A DNA stretch of 64,000 nt from Longimicrobiales bacterium (GCA_965202985.1 CBDBCF010000001.1:1184001-1248000), one strand, 5' to 3'; shown: positions 20,525-30,661, counted from the stretch's first letter. The notes: generated from the letters alone by a model not told the origin. Program-made: numbers and translations.

Positions 20525-21703
20525 TTGGCCACCGTTACGGCGGACGCCGTGGTCCTGGGCGCCGGCATCGTGGGCGCGTCGTGCGCCCATCACATGGCCG
20601 CGCTCGGGCTTCGCGTGGTCGTCCTCGAGCGCGAAGCCGCGCCGGCCCTGGGCTCGACGGGACGGAGCGCAGCAGGCGTTCGCGTGCAGTTCACGACGCC
20701 CGCCAACATCGCGCTCTCGATGCACTCGCTGCCCGTCTATCGCGAGTTCCACGAACGCCACGGCCGCGACATCGGCTATCGCGACATCGGCTACCTGCTG
20801 CTGGCGCCTCGGGACCGCTGGGACCGGCACTTGGAGTCGGTGGCGCTCCAACGAAGCATGGGAGCGCCCGTGGAGGTGCTGGACCCCGTGGAGGCGCAGC
20901 GCCACGTCCCCTTCGCCACGGACGGCCTGGGCGGCGCCACCTACGGCCCCTGGGACGGGGTGATCGACCCGCACTTGGCCACTCACGCCTGGGTCGCCAT
21001 GGGCCGCGCCGCCGGCGTGGACTACCGGTTCGGCCTAGCCGCGACCGGGTTCCGCAGCACCGCGAACGGATGGCGCGTGGACGCCGGCGACGAGTCGTTC
21101 TCGTGCCGCCACGTCGTGAACGCGACCGGCGCCTGGGCGGGCGTCGTGGGTCGGTTGGCCGGGCTGGAAGTCCCCGTGCGCCCCAAGCGCGTGCAGATCT
21201 TCTTGAGCGCCCCGCTGTCGCGCGACGGCGAGTCCGCCCCCTACCCCCTCACCATCGACCTGGCCACGGGCGTCTACCTGCGGAGCGAGGGCGAGCGGGT
21301 CCTGTTCGGACTGGACGCCCACGAGGACGCAGGAGCGTTCACCGAGGGGGTGGACTGGAACTGGCTCGAACACGTGCTGGTCACCGGCGTTCGCCGGTTT
21401 CCGTGGTGGGAGGACTTGGGCGTGGACCGCGCCGGCAGCTGGTGGGGCTACTACGAGGTCACGCCCGACCACAGCCCCGTGATTGGCCTCAATCCCGGCG
21501 CGGATCGCTGGATAGACGCGTGCGGATTCTCCGGCCACGGGATCATGCACGCGCCCGCCACGGGACTTGCGGTCTCGGAGCTTGCCGCCGAGGGCCGCTC
21601 GACGACGCTGGAGATCGCGGCGTTCCGGCACGACAGGTTCGCGCCCGCCGCCCGAGCCGTCGCGGACGACGAGCAGTGCGCGACGGAGGCAAACATCTTC
21701 TGA
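20525..21703 (+). CDS. FAD-dependent oxidoreductase (DAO/sarcosine oxidase beta-like)
   Basis: VLGAGIVG, GSTGRSAAGVR, YEVTPDHSPVIG, GFSGHG. Confidence 0.9.
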   Translation: MATVTADAVVLGAGIVGASCAHHMAALGLRVVVLEREAAPALGSTGRSAAGVRVQFTTPANIALSMHSLPVYREFHERHGRDIGYRDIGYLLLAPRDRWDRHLESVALQRSMGAPVEVLDPVEAQRHVPFATDGLGGATYGPWDGVIDPHLATHAWVAMGRAAGVDYRFGLAATGFRSTANGWRVDAGDESFSCRHVVNATGAWAGVVGRLAGLEVPVRPKRVQIFLSAPLSRDGESAPYPLTIDLATGVYLRSEGERVLFGLDAHEDAGAFTEGVDWNWLEHVLVTGVRRFPWWEDLGVDRAGSWWGYYEVTPDHSPVIGLNPGADRWIDACGFSGHGIMHAPATGLAVSELAAEGRSTTLEIAAFRHDRFAPAARAVADDEQCATEANIF

Positions 21704-21787
21704 CCCAGCTTGACGCCTGGGCCCAACGGTAGAAACTTCTTGCTTTCCGGTTCTTGCGCCGGTCGCCTTCAACGGAACGATTTCATC

Positions 21788-22444
21788 ATGAAGCTCAGGT
21801 TCGCCGAAGAGATCCTGCTCCTGCTCCTGCACGACGAAGACGGGAAGTTCGCGCGCGTTCCCGACTGGTCCATGAGGTACGCCTTGGGGGGCGGCGTCCT
21901 CATGGATCTGGCGCTGGAAGACCGAATCGACACGGACCTGGAGCAGCTGATCCTGGTCGACGCGACGCCTCTGGACGACGACATCCTGGACCCGGTCCTG
22001 GGCGAGATCGCCGGGGCAACCGAGGCGCGGAGCGCCAGCTACTGGCTGGAGGTCGCAGCCGCGCGCGCCGACGGCATCCGCGAGGCGGCCGTCGGCCGCT
22101 TGGTCGAAAGGGGCATCATCGAGCGGCGGGAAGACCGGTTCCTGTGGGTCTTCCGCTCCCGACGCTACCCGGTCGTGGACGGCTCGGCCGAGCGCGAGGT
22201 CAAGCTGCGGCTCATGGAGGTCCTGTTCAGCGACGTGATCCCGTCGCCCAGAGACGTGGTCATCATCTGCCTGGCCGACGTCTGCGGCATCTTCACGGAG
22301 CTGCTGTCCAAGCGAGAAGCTCGGCTGGCCCGGCCCCGGATCGAACTCGTGCGCAAGATGGACCTGATCGGACGGGCGGTGACGGACGCCATTCGGAACA
22401 TCGAGGCGTCGCTGGCGCGGGCCGCCCAGTCCTACGTCGGGTAG
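21788..22444 (+). CDS. GPP34/GOLPH3 family protein
   Basis: FAEEILLLLLHDEDG, LMDLALEDRI, LVERGII...FLWVFRSRRYP. Confidence 0.85.
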   Translation: MKLRFAEEILLLLLHDEDGKFARVPDWSMRYALGGGVLMDLALEDRIDTDLEQLILVDATPLDDDILDPVLGEIAGATEARSASYWLEVAAARADGIREAAVGRLVERGIIERREDRFLWVFRSRRYPVVDGSAEREVKLRLMEVLFSDVIPSPRDVVIICLADVCGIFTELLSKREARLARPRIELVRKMDLIGRAVTDAIRNIEASLARAAQSYVG

Positions 22445-22493
22445 GCGGAGCCGGGGTTAGGCGGAGACGACCGGGTTCGCGCGAGCGCGGGCG

Positions 22494-22946
22494 CTAGGAA
22501 CTCGGTTCCGCTTCGCCCCCGCCGGGTTCGGGAACCCCCAAGTGGCCCTCCACGCGGGCCAGCCGCTCCGCGAGATCCCGAACGACTTCCTCCAAGCGCA
22601 GTATCCGCCGCTCCATCTCCTCGAGACGGGCATCGACGGCCTCGAACCGCAGATTCATGCGGGCTTCGAGCTGGTCTATCCGCTGGTTCATCCGCTGGTT
22701 CATCCGGGCTTCGAACTCGTCGAACCGCTGTTCCATGCGGGACTCGAAGCGGTCCATTCGGGACTCCATCCGGGAGTCGATCCAACCCAGGATCGCCGCA
22801 AACGCCCCCAGCACGGTCACAGCCGACACGAGCACTCCGCCCCAATCCTTGCCGAACACTTTGAGCCTGGTCATGGCTCGGTCCCTGGGGACGCCATCTT
22901 GGCCCCCAACGGACGCAACGGGAATTCCTTCCGGCATCGTCGCCAT
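22494..22946 (-). CDS. Membrane-anchored coiled-coil repeat protein
   Basis: AAGGAG RBS; one TM helix, then repeated SRME/RFD/ARMN units ending LAERLARVEG. Confidence 0.75.
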   Translation of the reverse strand: MATMPEGIPVASVGGQDGVPRDRAMTRLKVFGKDWGGVLVSAVTVLGAFAAILGWIDSRMESRMDRFESRMEQRFDEFEARMNQRMNQRIDQLEARMNLRFEAVDARLEEMERRILRLEEVVRDLAERLARVEGHLGVPEPGGGEAEPSS

Positions 22947-23079
22947 GTCGTTTCTCCTTGGTTGAGTGAAGGGTGCGGGAAGGTGGAACCAAGGTAGGCG
23001 AAGGGTCGCCGAAACGGCACGATTTCGCTGCGGACGACACCGGCGCGGCGTCCGCGAAACGTCTGGGCTTGAAGCAATA

Positions 23080-23128
23080 GACAACTATAGTTGACATTAT
23101 GATATGTTGATATGTCCGTTATGGGACA
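23080..23128. promoter_or_regulatory. A/T-rich divergent promoter/operator region
   Basis: Perfect palindrome CAACTATAGTTG (23082-23093) overlapping TTGACA (23091-23096); GATATGT twice; TGTCC-N6-GGACA (23113-23128). Confidence 0.55.
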
Positions 23129-24399
23129 AGCTGCGGCCTGTTGGGTCGCCTCCGTCGCGCCCCCGGAACGGCGCCTCCGCTTGTTCAGCCAGCTTCTCCG
23201 CTGTCCACTCCGCTTCTCCACCGCAAGGTCGCACGCCGTTGACCGCATCCTCCCCGTTGACCGCATCCGGTGTTCGGAACCAAGTCCGGCGTCGCCGCAG
23301 GGCGCTGGCAATCTCCCAGCAGGCGCTGGCGGACCGGGTCGACGTGTCCCGCCAAGCGATCGGGGCGATCGAGGCCGGGCGCCAAGTCCCTTCGACCGAG
23401 CTCGGACTCCGCCTTGCGCACGCGCTGGGGTGCACCGTGGAGGAGCTCTTTCGGCTGGTCCCGCCTTCGGACATCCTGGCGCGGGCGGCCGTTTCCCCCG
23501 AGCAACCGGCGCTCGCCCCAGGGATCCGAGTCGTGCTGGGTCGGGTCGGTGGCTGCTGGGCCGCCCATCCGGTGTCGCACGGAGGCGCCTCCGCCGCGGA
23601 CGGCGTTGTTGTCGGGACGTGCGCACCGCCCAAGTCGTGGGGGGTGGGACCGGATGCGCCGGCGGTAGCCGTTCGACCGCTGGTGGACCCGGCCAGCTTG
23701 GCGGGCAACGTTCTTGTGGCGGGTTGCGCGCCGCTGCTGGGCTTGGCGGCCCATCACATGGCGCGGCGCTACGCCGATGCCAGGCTGACCTGGGTGCAGG
23801 CCGGCAACGAGCGCGCACTGGCGCTGCTGGCCGCCGGGCTGGTCCACATGGCGGGCGTGCACCTGCCCGGCGACCGGGCGGAAGTTGCGGAGACGTTTCG
23901 GCGGGCGGTTCCCGGCAAGCGGCTTGCGGTCGTGAACCTGACGCGGTGGCGGCAAGGCTTGGTGGTGCCCGCGGGGAACCCGCTCGACATCGTCTCAGGG
24001 GCGGACTTGCTGCGGCCCGGCCTTCGCTTGGCTCGTCGAGAACGCGGATCGGGGGCACACGCCCTGGCGGCCCGGCTGTTGGCTGGACAGGACGCGGGCT
24101 GTGTCGCCCTCGCCGGGCCCGAGGCGGCAAGCCACGGAGAGGTCGCGCGGCTCGTGCGCCTTCGCGCCGCCCACGCAGGCATCGGCGCGGAAGGCCCCGC
24201 CTTGGCCGAGGGCTTGGAGTTCGTGCCCCTGACCGAAGAGCGGTTCGACTTGGTCGCGCCTGCGGACCGGCTCGCGGACCTGCCGGTGTCGCGCGTCGTG
24301 GAGCTGCTGGGCGACGCTGCCTTCCGGGTCGAGGTCGCCCACCTTCCGGGGTACGACTGCTCCCTGGCCGGACGGACGGGCATGGTGGAAGCGGCTTGA
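23104..24399 (+). CDS. XRE-HTH transcriptional regulator fused to a PBP2-like (molybdate-binding-like) domain; true start probably near 23240-23260
   Basis: SQQALADRVDVSRQAIGAIEAG...LGCTVEELF; HMAGVHL, RQGLVVPAGNP, RERGSG, FVPLTEERFDLV. Confidence 0.88.
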   Translation: MLICPLWDKLRPVGSPPSRPRNGASACSASFSAVHSASPPQGRTPLTASSPLTASGVRNQVRRRRRALAISQQALADRVDVSRQAIGAIEAGRQVPSTELGLRLAHALGCTVEELFRLVPPSDILARAAVSPEQPALAPGIRVVLGRVGGCWAAHPVSHGGASAADGVVVGTCAPPKSWGVGPDAPAVAVRPLVDPASLAGNVLVAGCAPLLGLAAHHMARRYADARLTWVQAGNERALALLAAGLVHMAGVHLPGDRAEVAETFRRAVPGKRLAVVNLTRWRQGLVVPAGNPLDIVSGADLLRPGLRLARRERGSGAHALAARLLAGQDAGCVALAGPEAASHGEVARLVRLRAAHAGIGAEGPALAEGLEFVPLTEERFDLVAPADRLADLPVSRVVELLGDAAFRVEVAHLPGYDCSLAGRTGMVEAA

Positions 24400-25193
24400 A
24401 GACGAGGCCGCGCCTCCGGGTCGCGCTGACCCTTGCAGCGGGCGCCGCCGTTTGGGCGGGCTGCGCTGATGGCGAGGCGGCCTCCCCGGCTCGGCAGACG
24501 CTTCACGTCTTTGCCGCGTCGTCGCTGGCGGAGGCGTTTCGGGACTTGGAGGGGCCGTTCGAGCAGCGTCATCGCGATCTGGACGTGGTGCTGTCGTTCG
24601 CGGGCAGCCAAGTGCTTGGGCTGCAGATCGTGCAGGGCGCCCCTGCCGGAGCTTTCGCGTCGGCGGACATCGGCCTCTTGGACTCGCTGGCCCGTGCCGA
24701 AGTCGTCGGCGGCGTGCAACCTTTCGCCGGCAACGAGCTGGTGGTCGTCTTGCCCCCGGGAAACCCGGCCGGGATCGCGTCCTTCGCCGACCTGCCGCGG
24801 GCCCGTCGCATCGTCTTGGCCACGGCAGCCACGCCTGCGGGCGCATACGCTCGCCAAGCCCTGGACCGCGCCGACGCCGCGTTCGGCCCCGGGTTCCGCG
24901 ACGCCGTCATGGACCGGGTCGCGTCGGAAGAGCACAACGTTCGGCTGGTTCGGGCCAAGGTTGCGGCGGGCGAAGCGGATGCCGCCGTCGTCTACCGAAC
25001 CGACGGCCTCGCCGCTGGGTTGCCGACGGTTCCCGTGCCGGCGGTGCTGGACGTCCGGCCGCAATACGCCATCGGGGTCGTCGTCGCCGGTCCCGACCCA
25101 GAAGCGGGGGCACGATGGGCGGCGTTCGTGCGTTCGGCGGAGGGCCGTCGCATCCTTGCGGCGCGGGGGTTCCTGGTCGACCCGCCGTCGTGA
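24396..25193 (+). CDS. modA: Molybdate ABC transporter substrate-binding lipoprotein
   Basis: FAASSL, FAGSQ, QGAPA, FAGNELV, PAGAYA, ADAAVVY. Confidence 0.92.
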   Translation: MKTRPRLRVALTLAAGAAVWAGCADGEAASPARQTLHVFAASSLAEAFRDLEGPFEQRHRDLDVVLSFAGSQVLGLQIVQGAPAGAFASADIGLLDSLARAEVVGGVQPFAGNELVVVLPPGNPAGIASFADLPRARRIVLATAATPAGAYARQALDRADAAFGPGFRDAVMDRVASEEHNVRLVRAKVAAGEADAAVVYRTDGLAAGLPTVPVPAVLDVRPQYAIGVVVAGPDPEAGARWAAFVRSAEGRRILAARGFLVDPPS

Positions 25194-25200
25194 CCGCTTC

Positions 25201-26046
25201 GTGAACCGCCCGACGAGCGCGAGGCAGCTGGGCGCCTGGCACAGCGGGCGAAGCTTCACGGCCGCCCTTCCGATGCTGGCGCTCCTGGCCTTGCCCGTGG
25301 TGGGGCTGGCTGCGGCTTCTTCGCCCTCCGACCTGCTCGCGGGCGTTCGGGATCCGCTGTTCGCGCCCGCCCTGTGGCTCAGCATGTGGACCACGGCGGC
25401 CAGCTTGGCGCTGGTGGTGGCGGCCGGCACCCCCTTGGCGTGGTGGCTGGCCGGCGCCTCGGGTCCGCGCGCGCGGGCCGCAGCCACGCTGGTGGACCTG
25501 CCCGTCGTGCTTCCGCCGGCCGTCCTGGGCATCGCCCTCCTGGAGACCTTTGGCCGACGGGGCCTGCTCGGGCCGGCCCTGGACACCCTGAACCTGGGGC
25601 TTCCCTTCACCAGCGGCGCCGTGGTGCTGGCCCAGGTGGTGGTGTCCGCCCCGTTCTACGTCCAGGGGGCCGTCGCCGCCTTCAAGGGCGTGGACCCGGA
25701 CCTGCTGGTCGTGGCGCGCACCTTGGGCCGGGGCTCCGCTGCCGTCTTCTTCCGCGTCGCCGTGCCGCTGGCGCTTCCGGGGCTTGTGGCCGGCGCGGGC
25801 CTTGCCTGGGCGCGGGCGCTGGGCGAGTTCGGCGCCACCCTGCTGTTCGCGGGCAACTTCCCGGGCGCCACGCAGACCCTGCCGCTGGCGATCTACGCGG
25901 CGCTGGAGTCGAGTCCCCAGGCAGCCGCGGCGCTGGCGCTGGTGCTGGCAGCGGCGGGCGCGTGCCTGCTTCTGCCCCTGCGCGTGCTGCCCGCCGTCCT
26001 GGACCGGCGGCACGGCCGGCGCAGTGGCCGGCGTTCCCCGGCCTGA
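25201..26046 (+). CDS. modB: Molybdate ABC transporter permease
   Basis: [37 protein letters not shown]. Confidence 0.93.
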   Translation: MNRPTSARQLGAWHSGRSFTAALPMLALLALPVVGLAAASSPSDLLAGVRDPLFAPALWLSMWTTAASLALVVAAGTPLAWWLAGASGPRARAAATLVDLPVVLPPAVLGIALLETFGRRGLLGPALDTLNLGLPFTSGAVVLAQVVVSAPFYVQGAVAAFKGVDPDLLVVARTLGRGSAAVFFRVAVPLALPGLVAGAGLAWARALGEFGATLLFAGNFPGATQTLPLAIYAALESSPQAAAALALVLAAAGACLLLPLRVLPAVLDRRHGRRSGRRSPA

Positions 26047-26049
26047 CCC

Positions 26050-26790
26050 TTGGATTGGCACGTCCGCATCCGCGCCCGGGCGGGCACCTTCGCCTTGAAG
26101 GCCGAGCTTGCGGGCGCCGCCCAACCGGTGGCGATCGTCGGTCCCAACGGCTCGGGCAAGACCACGCTGCTTCGCGTCGTTGCGGGCGCGCACCCGGCGG
26201 ACGAAGGACGGATCGAAGTCGCGGGCCGGGTTCTCTTCGACGCTGCCCTGGGGATCGACTTGCCGCCCGACGGGCGTCGGGTCGGATACGTCCCGCAGGG
26301 ACATGGCCTGTTCCCGCACATGACCGTAGCCCGCAACGTGGCGTTCGGGGCGGGCGCCGGGCGGGGCGCGGAGGCCGGTGCGCAGGCAATCGGTCGCCGC
26401 GTCGCCGAGCTGCTGGAGACGGTGGGGTGCGCCCACCTGGCGGACCGCAGACCCGGCGAGATCTCGGGAGGCGAGAGCCAGCGGGTCGCCCTGGCGCGGG
26501 CCCTGGCCGCCGCGCCCGACATCCTTCTCATGGACGAGCCCCTGTCGGCGATGGACGCGCTGGCGCGACGGGAGCTTCGGACTTATCTGGCGCGGTACTT
26601 GGCCGACTGGCGAAGGCCCGCCCTGGTGGTCACGCACGACCTCTTGGACCTTCGCGCATTGGCCCCCCGGCAAGTCTACGTCTTGGAGGACGGCGTGGTC
26701 GTGCAAAGCGGCCCCCCGAGCGCGGTGGCCGCCCGTCCTCGAACGCCCTTCGTCGCTGCCTTCTTCCAGTCGGCGGCCAACCCGGCTTGA
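26050..26790 (+). CDS. modC: Molybdate ABC transporter ATP-binding protein
   Basis: GPNGSGKT, LFPHMTV, ISGGESQRVALARAL, LLMDEP, VTHD. Confidence 0.9.
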   Translation: MDWHVRIRARAGTFALKAELAGAAQPVAIVGPNGSGKTTLLRVVAGAHPADEGRIEVAGRVLFDAALGIDLPPDGRRVGYVPQGHGLFPHMTVARNVAFGAGAGRGAEAGAQAIGRRVAELLETVGCAHLADRRPGEISGGESQRVALARALAAAPDILLMDEPLSAMDALARRELRTYLARYLADWRRPALVVTHDLLDLRALAPRQVYVLEDGVVVQSGPPSAVAARPRTPFVAAFFQSAANPA

Positions 26791-26797
26791 CGCCCCC

Positions 26798-27556
26798 CTA
26801 ACGGCCGCCGCTGGGCTCGGGCGTCTCCCCTTGCAGAAGCATGTAGCGAACGGTGAACGAAAGCACGCCGTTCAGGAGCTCCGCTTGCGGCGCTCGGTTC
26901 ACGGACCGAAGGCCGGCCTCGTAGCGGACTCCGGCAACGGCCACGCCGAACAGGTCGGTTTCGATCCCCACCACCACGCCAGCGTCGATGGACTGGCGGG
27001 CGAAGCCGAGAATGCTCTTGCAGGCCAAGCCCCCGCGCCGGCACTGCAGGGGCAACCCGAGAGACGCGCCGCCGAGCAGCGTCGGAAGGAGGGACGGTCC
27101 GGGCGCCGGTCGCACCTGGAGCAGGATCGGCAACTGAAGGTACGACACGTTGAACTCGGCGCCGCCCCGGCCGCTTCCGGCCGTGACGACCCGCGCGCCC
27201 TTGGCCGAGTAGTGGAGCTCCGGCCGGATCGAGAAGCTCCCGGCGACCGGAAGCTCGACCACGGCGCCGAGCATGACGCCCCCGCGACGCCCCGCGACCG
27301 AGACGGAGCTGCTTCCGGTGAACGTGGCCGAGTTGAAGCCGCCGATGACGCCGACCGACGGCTGGGCGGCGCCGCTGGCGCCAGGGGCCGCCAGCAACAG
27401 GGAAACACCGAACAGCGCGACGACGGTCGGAGTCGCCGGCGGCAGGGATCCACGCCCGCAGATCCGAACCGCGCGTCGGTTGCGGCCGGCCGCGCTCGCG
27501 TTGTCCCGAGCCGCGCGACAGTTGCGCCGGACGCCTATAGGGGACCGTCCTCCCAT
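26798..27556 (-). CDS. PorT-like outer-membrane beta-barrel (porin family); start uncertain
   Basis: GVIGGFNSA, SIRPELHYSAKG, YLQLPILL, C-terminal SFTVRY. Confidence 0.72.
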   Translation of the reverse strand: MGGRSPIGVRRNCRAARDNASAAGRNRRAVRICGRGSLPPATPTVVALFGVSLLLAAPGASGAAQPSVGVIGGFNSATFTGSSSVSVAGRRGGVMLGAVVELPVAGSFSIRPELHYSAKGARVVTAGSGRGGAEFNVSYLQLPILLQVRPAPGPSLLPTLLGGASLGLPLQCRRGGLACKSILGFARQSIDAGVVVGIETDLFGVAVAGVRYEAGLRSVNRAPQAELLNGVLSFTVRYMLLQGETPEPSGGR

Positions 27557-28989
27557 GGGCCCCAAAGGGCGTAGGTGCCGCTCGGGGTCGTGCCTCCGAC
27601 TTCGCGCGAACCTTGCACGTTGAAGAAGAGGACGCGGCCGTCCGGGCTGAAGCACGATCCGGCGAACTCGCCGGGCTGGGGCGCACCGGCGGCCCGCGGC
27701 GACCGCACCAAGTTCACGATCCGGCCGTCCCGGTCCAGGCCTCGAACGTACTGGTCGTCGCTGCCGTCCTCGCACATGATCAGGCCGCCCCGGGGGCTGA
27801 GCACGATGTTGTCCGGGCTGTCCAACACATCGTGGGACGGCGACTCGAAGACGAGCGTCAGCTGTCCCGCGTCGTCCGACAGGGGGCGGTAGTGGAAGAC
27901 CTGCCCCGCGCGCGCGTCTCCACCGTTCGTGGACACGACGTAGATGCCGTCGTCGCCGTGGAACGCGCCCTCCAGCCGAGCGAAGCGCGCCGCGCCCTTG
28001 GCCACGCCCTGCTTGAAGACGGCCAGGGGGTCGTCCTCCGCGGCCTCGGGGTCGGGGTCGTCGATCTCCACCCAGTGCACCGGCAGCACCGTGCCCGGAG
28101 CCTGGTCGCGGGCGGTCAAGTATCCGGGCCGCCCGTCCACCGCCATCATCTGCAGCCGGCCTCCGGCGGCCAGCTCGCCGGGGCGGTCGGGCAAAAAGCG
28201 ATAGAGGCCGGCGCCGGGCAGCTCGGGCCGTCCGGGGCGCGCCGGCACGTACCAGGTGTCCTCGGTCTCGTAGACGATCCCCGTGTCCGGGTCCACCGCC
28301 ACCGCCTCGTGAACGAACCGCCCCATGTCGCGCAGCGGAACGGGGTCCACCGGGCCGGTGGCGGCCGCGGGCACCTCGAAGACGTACCCGTGGGGCTGGC
28401 CGAAGCCGTGGGAGCGCCCCGACGTGATCTCTTCGCAGGACAGCCAGCTCCCCCAGGGGGTCGGGCCGCCGGCGCAGTTGACGCGCGTGCCGGCCAGCGA
28501 CACGAACTCGTCCACCAGCTCGATTTCGACATCGGCGCCGCCCCCGGCGCTCCCGCCGATCCGCACCTCCAGCGAGGTCGTGCCCCCACTCCCCTTGTCG
28601 TCGTAGTGCGGCGACCCGACGGGCCTTGCCGTGGCGGCGTCGTCCACCATCTCGTGGTTGCGGATCAGCCGCACGTTGCCGTTGGGCAGCGGGAACGCCG
28701 CCATGCCGTCGAAGGCGTTGGGCACGTGGAGGCCTTCGCGGACGGCGGAAGGGACGCCCCCGGAGCCGATGCGGACGCACTGGAACCGCTCCGGCACCTC
28801 CAGTTCGGAACAGTCGGGGCTCGGGACCAGCCTGCCGTAGGGCGCGGCGAACATGTCGGATCGCGCCAGGCGGGCGTCGCTCCAGCGGGCCAGTCCCTGC
28901 AAGGACGGCGCGAAGACGGCGGCACCCCCGGCGGCCCCGAGGGCCTTCAGAAACGATCGACGAGCAAACGGACGGCGAACAAGAGACAT
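27535..28989 (-). CDS. phoX: PhoX-type (DUF839) alkaline phosphatase, Tat-exported
   Basis: RRSFLK Tat motif; FDGMAAF, LIRNHE, NCAGGPTPWGSWLSCEE, MGRFVHEA, SPDNI, CEDG, GEFAG. Confidence 0.9.
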   Translation of the reverse strand: MSLVRRPFARRSFLKALGAAGGAAVFAPSLQGLARWSDARLARSDMFAAPYGRLVPSPDCSELEVPERFQCVRIGSGGVPSAVREGLHVPNAFDGMAAFPLPNGNVRLIRNHEMVDDAATARPVGSPHYDDKGSGGTTSLEVRIGGSAGGGADVEIELVDEFVSLAGTRVNCAGGPTPWGSWLSCEEITSGRSHGFGQPHGYVFEVPAAATGPVDPVPLRDMGRFVHEAVAVDPDTGIVYETEDTWYVPARPGRPELPGAGLYRFLPDRPGELAAGGRLQMMAVDGRPGYLTARDQAPGTVLPVHWVEIDDPDPEAAEDDPLAVFKQGVAKGAARFARLEGAFHGDDGIYVVSTNGGDARAGQVFHYRPLSDDAGQLTLVFESPSHDVLDSPDNIVLSPRGGLIMCEDGSDDQYVRGLDRDGRIVNLVRSPRAAGAPQPGEFAGSCFSPDGRVLFFNVQGSREVGGTTPSGTYALWGPWEDGPL

Positions 28990-29095
28990 GGCGGGGCCTG
29001 CGGTCGCGCAGTACTTTGCTGGGAGCGGGGCCTTGGGCGGGCGCGCCAAGGCGGACACGCGAAAGGTATCGGCGAACAGCGGAAAAGGAACAACC

Positions 29096-30330
29096 ATGAG
29101 GAACGACGACGGACGCGGAGCGGGTTGGAAGTTGCGGGCGGCATGGAACCGGCGCGACTTCATCAAGGCCGCGGCGGCCGCGGGCGCGCTCGCGGGAACC
29201 GGGTGCGGGCCGGGAACCCAGCAGTCCGACGACACCGGCGGCTACGGGGACCCCGCAACGTCCCCACCCCCCCCCCCATGTCGATCCTGATCCTGGGCGG
29301 CACCGGCTTCATCGGTCCCCACATGGTGGAGTACGCCCAGGCCCGAGGCCACGAAGTCACCCTCTTCAACCGGGGTCGCACCAACACGCACCTGTTCCCG
29401 GAGCTGGAGAAGCTGGTCGGCGACCGCGCGTCGGACTTGACGGCCTTGGAGGGCCGCCGGTGGGACGCCGTGATCGACAACTCGGGGTACATCGAGCGCC
29501 ACTGCCGGAGTTCGGCGGAGGTCCTGTCCGACTCGGGGCGCTACGTGTTCATCTCGACGCTCTCCGCGTACAAGGACCTGGCCACGCCGGGGATCACGGA
29601 GGACTACGAGCTGGCCCGGCTGCCCGACCCCGCCATGGCCGAATCCGACGAGCGGACGGGGCAGACCTACGGCCCCTTCAAGGCGCTGTGCGAAGAGGCG
29701 GTCCAGGCGGTGTTCGGCGAGCGCGCCACGATCGTGCGGCCCGGCTACATCGTCGGACCTCGCGACGGCACGGACCGCTGGACCTACTGGCCGGTGCGGG
29801 CGGCGGCAGGCGGGACGATGGCCGTGCCCGGTTCGCCCGAGGACGCCGTGCAGTTCATCGACGCCAGGGACCTGGGCGCGTGGGTGGTCCGCATGGTTGA
29901 GAACGACGCGAGCGGAGAGTTCAACGCCGTGGGACCCGTCGAGCCCGTCAGCATGGCCTCCATGCTGGAGGCGTGTCGGAGCGTCAGCGGGAGCGACGCC
30001 GAGTTCCAGTGGGTGGACGCGGAGTTCGCGCGCGACCAGGGCGTGGTGTTCCCGATCTGGGCGCCGCCGGGCGAGGGCGACTTCGGCGCCGTGCACCGCG
30101 TCGACAACGCGCGAGCCGTGGAAGCCGGCTACACCAGCCGGCCGATCGAGGAGACGATCCGGGACACGCTGGCTTGGTGGAACGAGATCGCGCCCGACGA
30201 ACGGGCGGACGGGATGCGCTCCGGGTTGCGGAAGCCGCCGGAGCTGGCGTTCAGGGAGCCGGCGACGATGGAAGCCATGATGGAGGTCGAGGCCGCGCTG
30301 CTGGAGGCGTGGTCGGCCCGAAACAGCTAG
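29096..30330 (+). CDS. Tat-exported NAD-dependent epimerase/dehydratase (isoflavone-reductase-like SDR); frameshifted at a poly-C tract between signal peptide and catalytic domain
   Basis: ATG 29096 gives NRRDFIKAAAAAGALAG; catalytic frame from ATG 29278 gives LILGGTGFIG, YGPFK, VRPGYIVGP; the frames differ by one base across C4-A-C11 (29262-29277). Confidence 0.85.
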
Positions 30331-30344
30331 CAGGCCGGCCCAAG
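29371..30344 (+). repeat. Direct repeat copy 1 (3' ~960 bp of the epimerase gene plus a short flank)
   Basis: Matches 35221-36199; first ~430 bp appear identical, scattered substitutions after that; shared AGGCCGGCCCAAG after the stop. Confidence 0.97.
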
Positions 30345-30447
30345 AAGTCTTCCTGGCCACAAGATTCCCTGGCAACATCGGCGATCCTCGGGGCTACGGA
30401 ATACGGTTGCAGCGGGCGGGAAGCCTCGTCGTTTCATCGAAAACGAC

Positions 30448-30479
30448 GCATTTTGCTACCATCGAGTGTCGCATATTGC
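30448..30479. promoter_or_regulatory. Paired putative enhancer (UAS) boxes GCA-TWT-TGC
   Basis: GCATTTTGC (30448-30456) and GCATATTGC (30471-30479), 23 bp apart, ~105-135 bp upstream of a sigma54 box. Confidence 0.55.
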
Positions 30480-30582
30480 ACGTTTCTATCGTGACAAACT
30501 GCGCAGGCCGAGGGGTCCACGTGTCTTATAAGTCTTTGTCTGACAATATCTTATGGACTTGTGGTGGCATCATTCGAAACAG

Positions 30583-30598
30583 TGGCACGGAATTTGCT
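30583..30598 (+). promoter_or_regulatory. Sigma54 (-24/-12) promoter
   Basis: TGGCAC-GGAAT-TTGCT, an exact match to TGGCAC-N5-TTGCW, 64 bp before the ATG at 30662. Confidence 0.85.
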
Positions 30599-30661
30599 GT
30601 GGTTATCGACAACCTTGCCCCCCATCAAGCCTCCAAAAGACATCCAGCACAAAGGCCGGAC

